From positions 1,302,001 to 1,366,000 of the forward strand of contig JAYWIR010000037.1 in assembly GCA_036172245.1 (NCBI GenBank): a DNA stretch of 64,000 bases, in the 5' to 3' direction. Made by a program: the position numbers and the translations under genes. This DNA comes from Raillietiella orientalis (Eukaryota). Positions 1 through 11,039 of the stretch are shown piece by piece. The notes below the pieces were generated by a model. That model was not told the DNA's origin, did no database searches, and worked only from the letters and a program-made list of their open reading frames with translations. Positions within the stretch are counted from its first letter, which is position 1. Every line of letters starts with the position of its first letter.

Positions 1-418
1 TTAATTAATGAAAAGCACGAGCAGTAGATGCACAAACACCCGTTAGTGATAGTGAAAAAGATCCTGATTTAGAGTTTATACAAACACCAGATGAAGTAAA
101 TTGTAGTTATATTACTGATATGTTTTCAATTCAAGCCTTATATAGACGTGATTTCGAAATTAATTTTTATGCTGATCATACATATACAATTTTCGTGAAA
201 AATTTTGGAAAATTGAATGATTAGTTGGTGATAAGGATAAACAAATTCGTCAATCAGATAAATATTATACTTATGTTGAAAATATTCGTGGCAAAAAAAA
301 GCAAGAAAAAAATCCCATTTTAACTGAATATAATGCAATGTTAAAATACCATGAAAGTCATTATGTTATTATTGAAAAATGAATAAAAGAAATGAAAAAA
401 GGTGAAGTATCAACATAA
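1..418 (+). pseudogene. Phage Gp15-like tail assembly chaperone (5'-partial, one frameshift near 190)
   Basis: Joined translation ...DEVNCSYITDMFSIQALYRRDFEINFYADHTY/FREKFWKIEWLVGDKDK...YVENIRGKK...EMKKGEVST* (TGA 218-220 and 380-382 read as W; TAA 416-418). It resembles the Gp15 family pattern (Y..D...I.A.F...Y.I.L...W..F...IR) and lies directly upstream of the tape measure. Confidence 0.6.
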
Positions 419-447
419 CGGGAAAAAAAAGAGAAAATAAAACTAAT

Positions 448-714
448 TTAGAACGAAATACCATCACTAGTTACTTCCCCTGTGAAAATATTTGAAAGTT
501 CAGACATTGATGCAAGACTACTTTCAGTGATTGTTCCTTGTTCATTTTGAGCACCACTAGTTCCTGGTTGATTCCCAACAAATACTGCAATTTGCTTTTC
601 TCTATCTTTCACCCTTTGCAGTCTTCCTTTTATTTTGTCATATATGCCACCTTTTTTAGCTCTAGCTTCTATTTTTTTAATTTGATCTAATCTTTCTTGT
701 TTTGTGTTCTTCAC
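448..714 (-). CDS. Hypothetical 88-aa protein (basic N-terminus, acidic tail ending SDGISF)
   Basis: Intact ORF with GTG start and a purine-rich AAGGAAAAGA RBS-like tract upstream; follows the 45-aa ORF as in an operon. Confidence 0.6.
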   Translation of the reverse strand: MKNTKQERLDQIKKIEARAKKGGIYDKIKGRLQRVKDREKQIAVFVGNQPGTSGAQNEQGTITESSLASMSELSNIFTGEVTSDGISF

Positions 715-734
715 GTTTTCTTATTTCTTTTCCT

Positions 735-872
735 TTATTGTTTGTTGTTTCTTCTTTCAACTTTTCATTTTTCAAGTTCTTTATCTGCTTGTGTGAATAT
801 ATCACCTGCAATTGCACTTGGAATTGCTCCAGCTACAATTGCTGCACTTATTAATTCTAAAATCATCATCAT
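735..872 (-). CDS. Small 45-aa protein with hydrophobic N-terminus (code 4)
   Basis: MMMILELISAAIVAGAIPSAIAGDIFTQADKELEKWKVERRNNKQ*. The TGA at 765-767 (minus strand) reads as W. AAAGGA RBS-like motif upstream. Not in the supplied ORF track. Confidence 0.6.
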
Positions 873-1140
873 AGTTATCTATTATCCTTTCATATTAAAT
901 TAGATCTCTTTATAGAGATATAATACCCATGAGGATAATAATATATTTTTTTATTTTTTATTTGTAAAATCTTGATAATAAATAGTTATTATAGATTATA
1001 TTATAGATAACCTTTCACATTTTGTAAAGTAGATTGCTTCTTAATGATTATTTTTTTCTTTTCTACCAGTTAATTCTGCTGCTTGTTGATTTGCATATGT
1101 TCGAGGTTGTTCCCATTTTGTTTTGCATCTTGAAATTATT

Positions 1141-2891
1141 ATAAATTTGGCAAATATAAATATAGAAGTAAAAAAATTAACTGACACTGTTAATCTTGCA
1201 AATCGCAATCTTGCTAATCCAATTTAAATATTGTAAAGATATTGATATTTTAAGAAATAAAATTGTTGAATATAATAAAAACATTGAAAACACAACAAAA
1301 CAAAAACAATAGTTTATTAATAAAATGAATGAATCACAAAAAAATCAAAAAGAATATTTAAATCAAATTAAAAACAACGAAATAGCGCTTAAAAATGATG
1401 AAAAACAAATCAAAAAATTGAATGCAGAATTATCGCAATCACAAAAGAAATTTAATGCAATTCCGCGAGAAATTGAATTTTCCAATTTAACAACTGATAA
1501 ACTTGACCGTTATATAATTAATTTTAATAGTGATCTAAAAGAAACTAATAAACAGCTGACTGAAATAAATGGCGATAAGTCTATTGAACTTTGCGACAAG
1601 TTATCAGATGTAGGTAAAAAATCAAGCACTTATATTACATTGCCTTTAACTGGTATTAAGATTGTTTTAGGAAAAATAACAAAAGATACGATTTTATTTG
1701 CTGAAGAATTAAATAAAACAGCACAAAAAATTAATATTTCAAGTGATAATTTACAAAAATTTAGATTTATTGCTAAAAAAATTGATGCATTTCAACGATT
1801 AGGAATTAATATCAAAATCCTGGTGGAGAATTAAAAAATAGTGAAAGTATTTCTTAGAAGTAAAAAATGCATTATCTCAAATAACAAGTGAAACAGAAAA
1901 AAGTAACATTATTTTTAAAATTTTTGATTATAAGTTAGGTAGTCAAATTGCTCTATTATTATTTAAAAAATAGTTCGGAAACAATAAATATAACTAATAA
2001 TTTTGAAAATCTAACATAGATTTCAAATGAAAATATTGAAAACTCAATAGAATTAAGTAATAAATGGAAAGAATTAACAAAAAAATAACAATACTTAAAA
2101 TTGAATTAGCAATAGGTTTATTCCCCATTTTTGAAAATTTTGTTAAATTTATGGATAATAATTTAGCACTATCCATTAAAAAAATAAATGATACTTTCAA
2201 TTCACTAAGTATGAGTAAAAAAGAATTAAATTTTAAAATTGTAGGTGTATTAACGGTTATGCAACCCACTGTATTAATGTATTAGTATCAATTGGAAGTG
2301 CATTAATAAATGCCATTAATTTATTAAAAACTGCCTTTTTGGGGTTATCATCATCCATGGGACCAATCGGAATAGTAAATAAGTATTATAAGTGCCTTAT
2401 TAGTACCTTTATTAGCCAAAAATAAAGATTTTAAAGAATTATTAAAAGAATGAGAAAATATTTGTAAACAATTATTAATCCCAGTTATTGAAATATGTAA
2501 AAACTTGTTTCAAGCAGTAATGCAATTTTAAAACCAATTTTTACAACCTTTAATGAATTAGCATCTATTTTTGCCAAAATTGGAAAAGCAATTATAACCT
2601 TTCTAATACCTTCGTTTAATTTTTTTATCAAAATTTTAAATAGTATTATATGACTAATAAATAAAGTATCAACAGGACTAAAATATTTAACATTTGTATT
2701 AATAAATGTCCAAATTCCTACATTACCAGAAACCATCATTGCAACAATCAATTCTTAATACAAAAAATATAAATAATAGTGATGCATTTAATAATAATTT
2801 TAATATTTCCAGTAATGTTGACATTGAACAAGCAACAAATGAAATTCTTACACAAATGGGAAATAAAATAAATAGGGGAATTAAAAAATAG
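1141..2891 (+). pseudogene. Phage tail tape measure protein, multiply frameshifted
   Basis: Coiled-coil N-terminus, then KLSDVGKKSSTYITLPL...AEELNKTAQKINISSDNLQKF...AFQRLGINIK/NPGGELKNSES/FLEVKNALSQITSETEKSNIIFKIF, a typical tape-measure core. Amphipathic helices follow (KNKDFKELLKEWENI, TGA 2451), ending NNNFNISSNVDIEQATNEILTQMGNKINRGIKK*. ORFs 1325-1834, 2064-2285 and 2706-2891 are its pieces. Confidence 0.85.
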
Positions 2892-3800
2892 TGAAATAAT
2901 TTTATAATATTTAGAAAATTTAAAATAAAGACAAGTAATGATGAAGTTATTGATTTACAAAACACTAGAGATATACTTACCATTTCTTCTAGTGATATTG
3001 GCATTGGTTCTAATAAGTCTTTTTTAAATGTGAAAAATAACTAACTTTATTTTAGAATCAGTTAAAAATATTAAATGAATTGTCTTTAAAATTACTATTG
3101 ATACATCCTAATTCATATAAAAAATATCGTAATTTTATTGAAAAAATAAAATATGAATTTACTAATTATGAATCATTAAAATTAATTTATGGTATTTAAT
3201 AATAACTATACTGCATAATATTGCGATATGTATGTTAAAAATATAACAAAAAATGAATTAAACCAATTCAGCAATTTAGAGCTTGCTTTTATTTTAGAAC
3301 GAGTTTCGAACTGAAAACAGAAAGTTCAAATTGAATGAGAATTAATTATTGATACAAGTGGTGAAAAAAGATATAACTGTAAATTTGGGGCATTTAAATA
3401 TGAAAGTATTTATGACCAAACAAAGAAAATTAAAAATAATAGTGATTTACCAGCAAAAGGCGAGATAATTATAAATTACCCACCAATAAGTCCGCATATA
3501 AAACTCCTTAAAGATAATAAGGAAATTAGCAAATGTAAAATTTATGAAACAATCGAAGAAAATGAAGCAATTATTATTAATGCAACCATTGAAAATGAAA
3601 AAAATATAAAAATTATTAAAGACAAAAATGACAAAATTTAGCGAGAAATCAGTATTTATGAAAAACAGGACTTTAAATTAAATACATTTGTTACAATACC
3701 ATTAGTAGAATATGAAATCAAATACTTTAATGATTTACCAACATCAAAATTAGCGGCGAGTGTAGAAATAAAATATTATGAAGAATATTTATCAGTATAA
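2892..3800 (+). pseudogene. Phage distal tail protein (Dit), disrupted
   Basis: FRKFKIKTSNDEVIDLQN...; NITKNELNQFSNLELAFILERVSNWKQKVQIEWEL (TGA 3312 and 3336 in frame)...NNSDLPAKGEIII...QDFKLNTFVTIP...VEIKYYEEYLSV* (TAA 3798-3800). Located right after the tape measure; has internal stops and frameshifts. Confidence 0.75.
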
Positions 3801-4100
3801 TTATCTTAATATTAATATTTTTCACAAATTGATTTACATTTTAAAGATAATAGTATTGTTGAAAAATATAATATGTATGAAGACACCTATGTTTTACAAG
3901 TTTCTAAGTTTACATTAAATAAAAATAATACAAATGCTATCATTGGTGTTTCTGCATATATAACTAATGATATTAGTCAAAAAATATGCTTAGGAATAAT
4001 AACATATATCGAAAATATTGAAGGAAATAGATCTTGTATAGTTGTAAACAAATAATCGGAATGTTTGATTTTAAAATATTAGTTAAAAATACTATAAATG
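3801..4100 (+). pseudogene. 5' fragment of the next phage tail/baseplate gene (Tal position), truncated at the junction
   Basis: KDNSIVEKYNMYEDTYVLQVSKFTL...LGIITYIENI.../CKQIIGMFDFKILVKN; follows Dit directly and runs into higher-GC DNA. Confidence 0.55.
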
Positions 4101-5286
4101 AACTTGCTTGGAATGGTTCAAATAAAGTTTTTCCAGAATTCTTATCTGCTCTGTCATAAAGTATGCATCTTTAAGCGTTGTTTTTTCTTTTTTGTTTGGT
4201 TCTTTATTTTTTTCTTTTCTTTTCCGTAGTAAAGGAACAAGAAACTTCAGTAGAAAGCATTTCTTTGTTCCTTCAAAGCTATAAATTCTGACATTAGGAA
4301 TTTTTGTAGATGAGAGAACCACTTCACGTGAGTTATTCCTTGTTAGAATTTTCTATTAAGCTACTGCACTTTCGACTTCAGATGAATTTTCAGTGTTCTG
4401 AGAAAATGAAAATGTTTTCTTTCTTCACCTTACATTTACTTAGCAAAATAAAATACACAGTTTCTCAAGTCTATTGTCTCCTCGATGTTATAATAGGTCG
4501 CTTTGAGTCTTCTGTTTGCTTTCTGATGAGGAAAAAATACAGGTACAGTCTTCGTTTTCTTAGTCTTTGTTTCTTTCTAAAGAAGTGAGAGGAAAGATTT
4601 ATCAAACGGTGAGACAATGGGAAAAATGTTTCCAAAGAGCTGTCTTATTTACTGGACGATCAATTCACAGGGTCCATAACTGGTCAAGTAATTCAAGCAC
4701 ATGAGTGCAATTTCCACGTGGTGAGTTCTCCATGTACTCGTGTCTGGATTCTAAATCTCATATTGTGTCATTATTTAAGCAGTTATTTCTTCTGTAGCTA
4801 AGTGATGCCATTTTGGAACCAACTCATGTTGAAATTGCCACACGTGGTTTAAGGGTGCGTTCATACTGAGCATCTGCACTTCACAGATTCAGCTGAAGGA
4901 ATATGCATCTCTTAGCAACGAGATCCCTTCTCATTTCGTTAGCTGCCTCACAGAGTTTTGAATGATCGAAAATCTAGCCCGAATGTATTACCGAAGACAG
5001 GCCAACAAGCAGTCACGGAAGATGCAATTACCGAGAGATGTAAGGACACCCCTGGAAATAATTTGTCAAATCTCGCGAAGAAGTACTTCATAATGCAGCT
5101 ATAGCTGCTTTCACTCGGGAAATTATTAAGAAGACAAAAGATAACTTCGATTCAGAAAAATGTACATCGCAATCAACTCGTATTTTCCCTCTTAGTCGCC
5201 TTCTCACTTCTAGATAGATGGCTCTCAAATGCCAGTAAAACGTATTCAGGCCTGCGTTTTGTTCATCATTAATCTCTCATGAATTC

Positions 5287-5520
5287 TCATGGCAGAGTAG
5301 GATAAGAGAAGAGTTTCCAAGGAAGACGACGCCTTCTTTCATGCACGCTGTATATTTTAATACATGAGATGTCTGGTACACCCATTCCTTGAATTATGGC
5401 AATGGATTTGAATTCTAATATTCTGTGCACTTTCCCATAGCTTCCTAAGTAATCTTCAACCAAATCACCAGCCTTTATAGGAGAGAGTGGCTTAATAAGA
5501 ATAATGAGATACAAAACAGC
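5287..5520 (-). mobile_element. LINE ORF1 (RRM-like) fragment
   Basis: LIKPLSPIKAGDLVEDYLGSYGKVHRI resembles the I..LP....I...L..YG.V pattern and the ORF1 relic near 11.35-11.45 kb (AELKKYGSVY). Confidence 0.35.
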
Positions 5521-6049
5521 ACGCCGTCAGAGTGGAACTTCTCAGGCATACACGAAGGAGGTGAGGAGATAGGAGGAGCGACTTCTCAGAGGAAATGGAT
5601 TCTTAGAATGATGCACCGACAGTTCCCCTCGATGCACCGTGACTCTGAAATGCTGCTGTGGGCAATAAGCCTTCGAAGGTTTTGGGCTTGAACATTTGTA
5701 TTGTACACACTCTGCATAAGTTGAGGAATTCGCCTAACTTTTGCAGCTTGAGATTGGAATTTTTCTGGAATAAACCCTTTCTCTTAAAAGGGCAGTACCA
5801 AAGGCAAAAACTTCAACCATTTGTACTACTCTTACAGCGCAGCGGAATAAGGAAATTTGATGGAAAGCTCTCCGGTAGCTGTAATTCATTTGCATCTCTC
5901 CAATCTCCATTCTTTTCCAAGCAATACTTAACACGTTCAGTGTGGCTGCTGCTGCTTTCTCCTTCCAAGAATCAAGCTAGGCTGGCTTTCCTCACGGAAA
6001 CGAAGTTTCCTCGTCCGTAAGTCTGAAGTTTCAGGCTGCCTCCAAGATG

Positions 6050-8400
6050 AAATCGGGAGTCTCACAAGGCGCACGTGAAGAACTTTTAACCACTTTCGCA
6101 AATTCCGAACGGATCAGTAGGATCAGCTGCAAATGTGGGAAAACGGACCGCTTTTATGGACTCTAGGGGACTTTGCAATGTGCCAACAAAGAGTTGTGAT
6201 CGCTCCCCTAGATAGTTTACTAATCTCACCTTACAAAAGGAGGGAATTTCCACATCAAATTCACTCCGCCTCCTGATCTTCCCCACTTTGAAAGGGCTCC
6301 ATGAGATCACTTACTGGTTGTCACCTGACCCCACAAATGAGGTTCTTGAGGTGATGTTCAAGTGAGGATGCCACATGAGTAATGACCAAAGTGTTCCTAT
6401 CAGTGCCCTTTTCTGGTGACTTGGAGAGAGGTTTATTCCTTGCAAAGAAAGAAACATTGTGTCCTTGAGGAAATATTCACAAAGCTTCTTGGAATTCTTC
6501 AGCTACTCCTACTCCTGACCAGAAGCGTTCACAGTGTTTCAAAAGAAGAAGATACTCCTCTGTAGGTACCGAAGAGCTTTCGGGTCTGAACAAAACAAAA
6601 GTCTAGATGAAGAATCGCTTACAAAGAGTTTTCCGCCTCCTTTCCAGCCTCTGATCACATCTTCCTTGCTTTTTGTGCTCGTGCGTTCCGCATACCAAGC
6701 TCAAGTGAGGACAGGTGCCTTTGTGACAACAGGAAGCTGTGTCCTTTTGCGAGTGTTTCCCAGAAGAGTAGACGTTCTTATCCCACCACGTCCACTCTTC
6801 ATAAAATTCTGGAATTTTCTTGCAGATGGATGTGAATCCCAGAGATTCGTCCTCTCAGCTTCGCAAACTTTGCTCACCGATAACCTGAGAAAATACGAGA
6901 GCTTCACCTCAAAAATCTCATGGATATGGATCAAGTTCCCCTATTAGCAGATGATATGCACCTTCTCAAGTTTCCCTTCGAGGGTTTTTCTCAGCGACCA
7001 GCACTCATTATTTGTTCCAGCTTCTCCCAAAGCGTAATAAACCCTAATGGGAAGTGAAAAGTCCGCATCAGAACTGCAATGCAAGCACGGATTCCTTGGA
7101 AAGAATGTGCAACGTTTAAGGACGGGCCGCTACTGGAAGGCAAGCCTTTAGAAGTAAAAGTCCGAGTCCGCTTTTCAGCTAAAGTCAGCTGCAGCTCAAA
7201 TGGGTGAAGTGAGTGAACGCAATGATTCGTTGACAAACCCTCGAACATCACCATACAGTGTATATGCATTTTCAACCTTCTTCTGTGAACTCTTGATTTC
7301 GCCGAGAGCAAACTTCCCAAGGTGAGTTCTTGGTCAAATTCAATCATTATATCTTCAACACGGCTTCGTCCATCACTCTGCGCGTACCGCACGGTAGCTT
7401 TTGGGTGACCGTCAAAAGAACAGAAAGCAAAAGGAAGCAGCAAACATGCGTCGTATTCGTGCTATGAAGACTCACGAAAAGATAAAGTGATCAAGGAATC
7501 ACTTCGTGCTAATTGTTTGTCAGAGTCTCAGCAATAAGAGTGGATTTCTTCATCACTCTTCGTTGAAATTCTCACCCCAAATTCTGTTCAGTAACTGTCT
7601 GTAGGAACACCACATTTTTCTTTGATGCTGCTGCGCTGCGTTTTCGTGTCGAACTGGATTCGAAGACACCGCTCCTATTGCAGAGTCTCCATTTCAGTTT
7701 CCGAAGGTTTCAATGGAGATTCATGCAGAAGAATTGAATTCATTTTACATGGCAAGTCCCCCCTAAGAGGTCATTTTAGAGTTCTCCATCGGTAATGAAT
7801 GGGTTGGTACATGAAATGATATGGCAGGATCATCTTCAAACCACAGCAAATCATGTGGAGAGGTGCTCAAAAAACTCTGCTTTTCCGTAAAATGGACGCT
7901 GATGCACTCGAATTCTCACACAGATAACCTTCCATACCGTTTGCCTGATGGAACCTATAAGAACTCTTTTCGGTTTGTGAGAACTACTTTAGCTTCAAAA
8001 CGGTTGAGCAAAGTCACATTTTTATTGACGTCGTTTGCAAGTGAGATCACCACTACATGTTTGAGCAGACCATTCTCTAAAGCATGAGGGAGCTTTATGC
8101 TCTTTATGTTTTTTTGCACCCATTGTCACTCAGCTAGTTGAGCTCGATAGTTCCAGCATTCTTTAGTAAAAACAAAGTCCGGAGAAATTCTCAAAGATCC
8201 TTCTGTCCAGCAGTTCCGAAGCTCCACTTTCCCAAAAGTACATCAAGGACCTTCCTGTTAGGGAGACTTGCACAAAAATGGTGTTTACACCGGCAAAAAC
8301 CAACAGTGGGTATGATGCCTTTCCCTATTTTCTGCCAGCATTCTGGACGTTTTTAAAGACTGTCTGTTTTTTCATTGCATCTCATTTGATTGCATTTGAC
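6050..8400 (-). mobile_element. Highly degenerate Ty3/gypsy pol remnant (integrase end clearest)
   Basis: ISWSPFKVGKI (~6300) resembles W.GPFKV. DSHPSARKFQNFMKSGRGGIRTSTLLGNTRKRT (~6750-6850) resembles the SDQG..F...GI....T.YHP..NG integrase core. Upstream RT signals are weak. Confidence 0.4.
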
Positions 8401-9579
8401 TGTCTATTTCTCTGATCATTTATCTGAGAAGACTACAATTCTTTAAGCCGCTACCAAGAAGCAGGGCTCCATTTTGAAATATCTGGAAAACTTTCTTTCC
8501 ACACAAAATGCATACGAAAATGAAAATAAGGTGTCAATTCGCCAAAAATCATTTCCTTTTTTTCGACGAGGGCTTAAGTACTGATCTGAAAAAACAAGCA
8601 GCTGTGAGCGCTAGGCTTGCATCTACAAGGAACTACTGAGCAGCCGCGGCACTGATGCTTCTCTACTAAAAATGTTTATTCTATGGGTCAAGGCAGTAAA
8701 CGTTAGTCAAAAAACTGGTTCATCAGAACCGGTGTGCATTTTCTTGTTTCTCCTTGTCATGTTTCCGTGGATACTGTTAAGTGATCTTGCCAGTCACTTT
8801 GAAGCTCTGATCTTTTTCTGAAGAATTTTCCGCACTGCAACGCTGTTTTTTTATTCCGAAGTTATGGAAAACTGAACAGTAGAAGAGGATTGGATATCAT
8901 CTTAGAATCGGCCCCACTCGGACTGAGCCAATCTTTGTTGAACAAACGTTACATCATTTCTGGTTAGGAACCACTTGTGGACCGACATGGCATTCAACGA
9001 AGGAAATGACGTTCTTAGAGGATTGTGACGCACTGGAAATTATGGAAACATTCTTCATTTGTACAGTTGGAAAATTCAGAGAGCATGGAATTCTTTTGTC
9101 TTTCAGCATGCTTTTAGAAAAATTATTTAAAGGATTTGTCTGCACTGAGGACTTTAGCATGCTTTCAGATGAAACTTGCTCCCTGAAGAAACTTGTGCAG
9201 CCTCTACCGAATTCAAATGAACTTTCACCTAAAATCTGGATCAATCGAAAGCGAAATGCTCGCAAATTTGCCTTCCTGAACCTCCAAGTATCTCAAAATG
9301 ACCACAAAACATTCCGATACTTCTAATAAGACAACTTTGGCCCGTTTCATCCAGCATATTCCTGCTTTCTACTTCTAAGATTTCTTCTGAAATTTCCCAG
9401 CTTTGCTTTTAGCAATTGCACTTATCCTTTAATTTAGATATCGATGTAGACCGTGATTATCAATGTTGACAGTACGTTGGTACACTGAAAATGTACCGCA
9501 GCTACACGGCCTGCATTGAGGACTGTGTGGCTACGGTCTTGTCTTTGCACATATCAGCAAGCGTTGCGGATTCGATTAC

Positions 9580-10275
9580 CCTTAAAGCATCAACACCACT
9601 GGCGATCCCATGCAACGCACGTGTCCACCACTGAAGAAGAGGGAGTGCAGCCCCAGACTGTTCCAGGTGCAGGAAAAGAGAAACCCTTCCCGCACCTGTT
9701 GCTGGATTGTGTTGTCCTCCTGAGCGTCTGGGAACGTTTCACTGTGGTCCTCCCACTCCCGATGGGCAACGGCAGAGAGATTTTGCAATGCCTCTTCACG
9801 CGCGACGGGATGTCGCCTGCAACTTCCCTTGCCGCCCTGTGCTACTCCCGTGGGATCGTGGCGGCGAGAAGCTGCACTGAAAGAGGCCAGGCTAACGCTG
9901 AGGTCATCGCAATCGTCTGCTCTTTCACGAGGAAGGTGACAAGATCTCTGACAACAAAAGGAGAAAGTTGCCAACATCCCCCAGGGAATGCTGAGGACAC
10001 CAGGCAGAAATCTGCGAACCCTTCTCTTCCCCTCACCACCCAACACATTTTTTTAGACTGAACTTTCATGTGTGTGTGTTTTTTCTTTATTTACTCCTTC
10101 CCCCACTTCTCCTGTGCGGACCTCATCGGGAGAGCTGCTCAAGAGAAGCAACGCCTCCGAGGCCTCATTCCCCATCGTGGTGGAGATGTGGAGCCGCTAC
10201 GAAGGAAGACATTTTTTATATGACTGCTTTTCTTGTAGATATTTTTTTACAATAAATGCCTTGGCGTAGCCGGAT
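9580..10275 (+). mobile_element. 5'-truncated L1/Tx1-like LINE 3' end
   Basis: GKEKPFPHLLLDCVVLLSVWERF (C-terminal zinc-binding motif of ORF2), a pyrimidine-rich 3' UTR, and AATAAA at ~10251. Confidence 0.8.
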
Positions 10276-10279
10276 GAAA

Positions 10280-10830
10280 ATGTAGGGTCGATGCCGAGCT
10301 TGAGGGGTGCATCGTGGATTTAGAGTTTCCCCGCAGGTTAACGCTAGTTGGACCACGGGCTTTGGTTGCGGCACTGGAAGAAGCCTGAAGCAGGATGCCT
10401 TCATTGGCTGGCCAGGATTGGGAGTTGACCCTCCAGGGTCCTTACAGGAATTAAGGACCGATGCCTTTCGGGGTTCCCCTCCGTTTGTGCAAATGGAGTC
10501 GTCTAGTCACGCGGACGGGACTCTCCGTCTCGCACCAAGGAGCTGATTGATACTCCCCTCGGAGGTTCGCCTCTCCAGAGTGCCAAGAGCACGCTGATCC
10601 CTTCTGAGAGCGACCCTTCAGAGAAATTTGGAAGCATCCCTTTGGGATTCTCTTCAGAAGAGAAACAAGGAGCGACTCCTTTGCTGGATCCCTCCGAAGA
10701 AGAAATTGCAGGAGCGGATCCTTTCCAGGTTCCTTTCGGAGGAGACATGAGGAGAGGTTCCCTCCGCGGGAATAAGGAAGAGATTCCCACAGGAGACAAC
10801 CATACGATGCGGGCGTGCAATTTTGAATGC
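10280..10830 (-). repeat. GC-rich dispersed repeat homologous to 31300-31900, probably the disordered ORF1 N-terminal region of a LINE
   Basis: GCGGATCCTTTCCAGGTTCCTTTCGGAGGAGA (~10713) vs GCGGATCCTTTCCGGGTTCCCTTCAGAGAAGA (~31800). Minus-strand SPPKGTWKGSA vs SSLKGTRKGSA. Confidence 0.65.
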
Positions 10831-11039
10831 TCTGTCTAGCCTAAAGTTAGAGTCTTTTTCCTTGGTGTTTGTGTAATGGTGCATCGACTGTGTTCGCATG
10901 GCAGGAATGCCTAATAACACCGTGATGGATGTTGGGGAAGAGGAATTCAATTCCACTCCCGAAGTAATGTAAGTGGGAGAGTTCGTCCACTTCTATTGCT
11001 TCGAAAGAATCATCCTCCCCGAGAGCGAGGGAATGGAGT

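Larger units (their letters stand above)
1..4100 (+). mobile_element. Degenerate Mollicute (code 4) siphophage prophage tail module, left end beyond the window
   Basis: Very low GC. Gene order chaperone - tape measure - Dit - next tail gene is typical of siphoviruses. In-frame TGA falls where Trp is expected (218, 380, 2451, 3312, 3336). Composition shifts abruptly at ~4100-4160. Confidence 0.85.

Noticed and set aside
1..418. Head-tail adaptor/closure protein call
   Set aside because: Motif pattern and position directly before the tape measure fit a Gp15-like chaperone better.
448..714. SSB call from the acidic-aromatic tail (SDGISF, like DDIPF)
   Set aside because: No OB-fold-like N-terminal domain is visible; the tail alone is not enough.
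697..903. 68-aa plus-strand hydrophobic ORF
   Set aside because: Antisense shadow of the code-4 minus-strand ORF at 735-872, which has an RBS-like tract and operon context.
1994..3004. Minus-strand ORFs 1994-2269, 2485-2751 and 2723-3004
   Set aside because: Shadows of the plus-strand tape measure and Dit pseudogenes.
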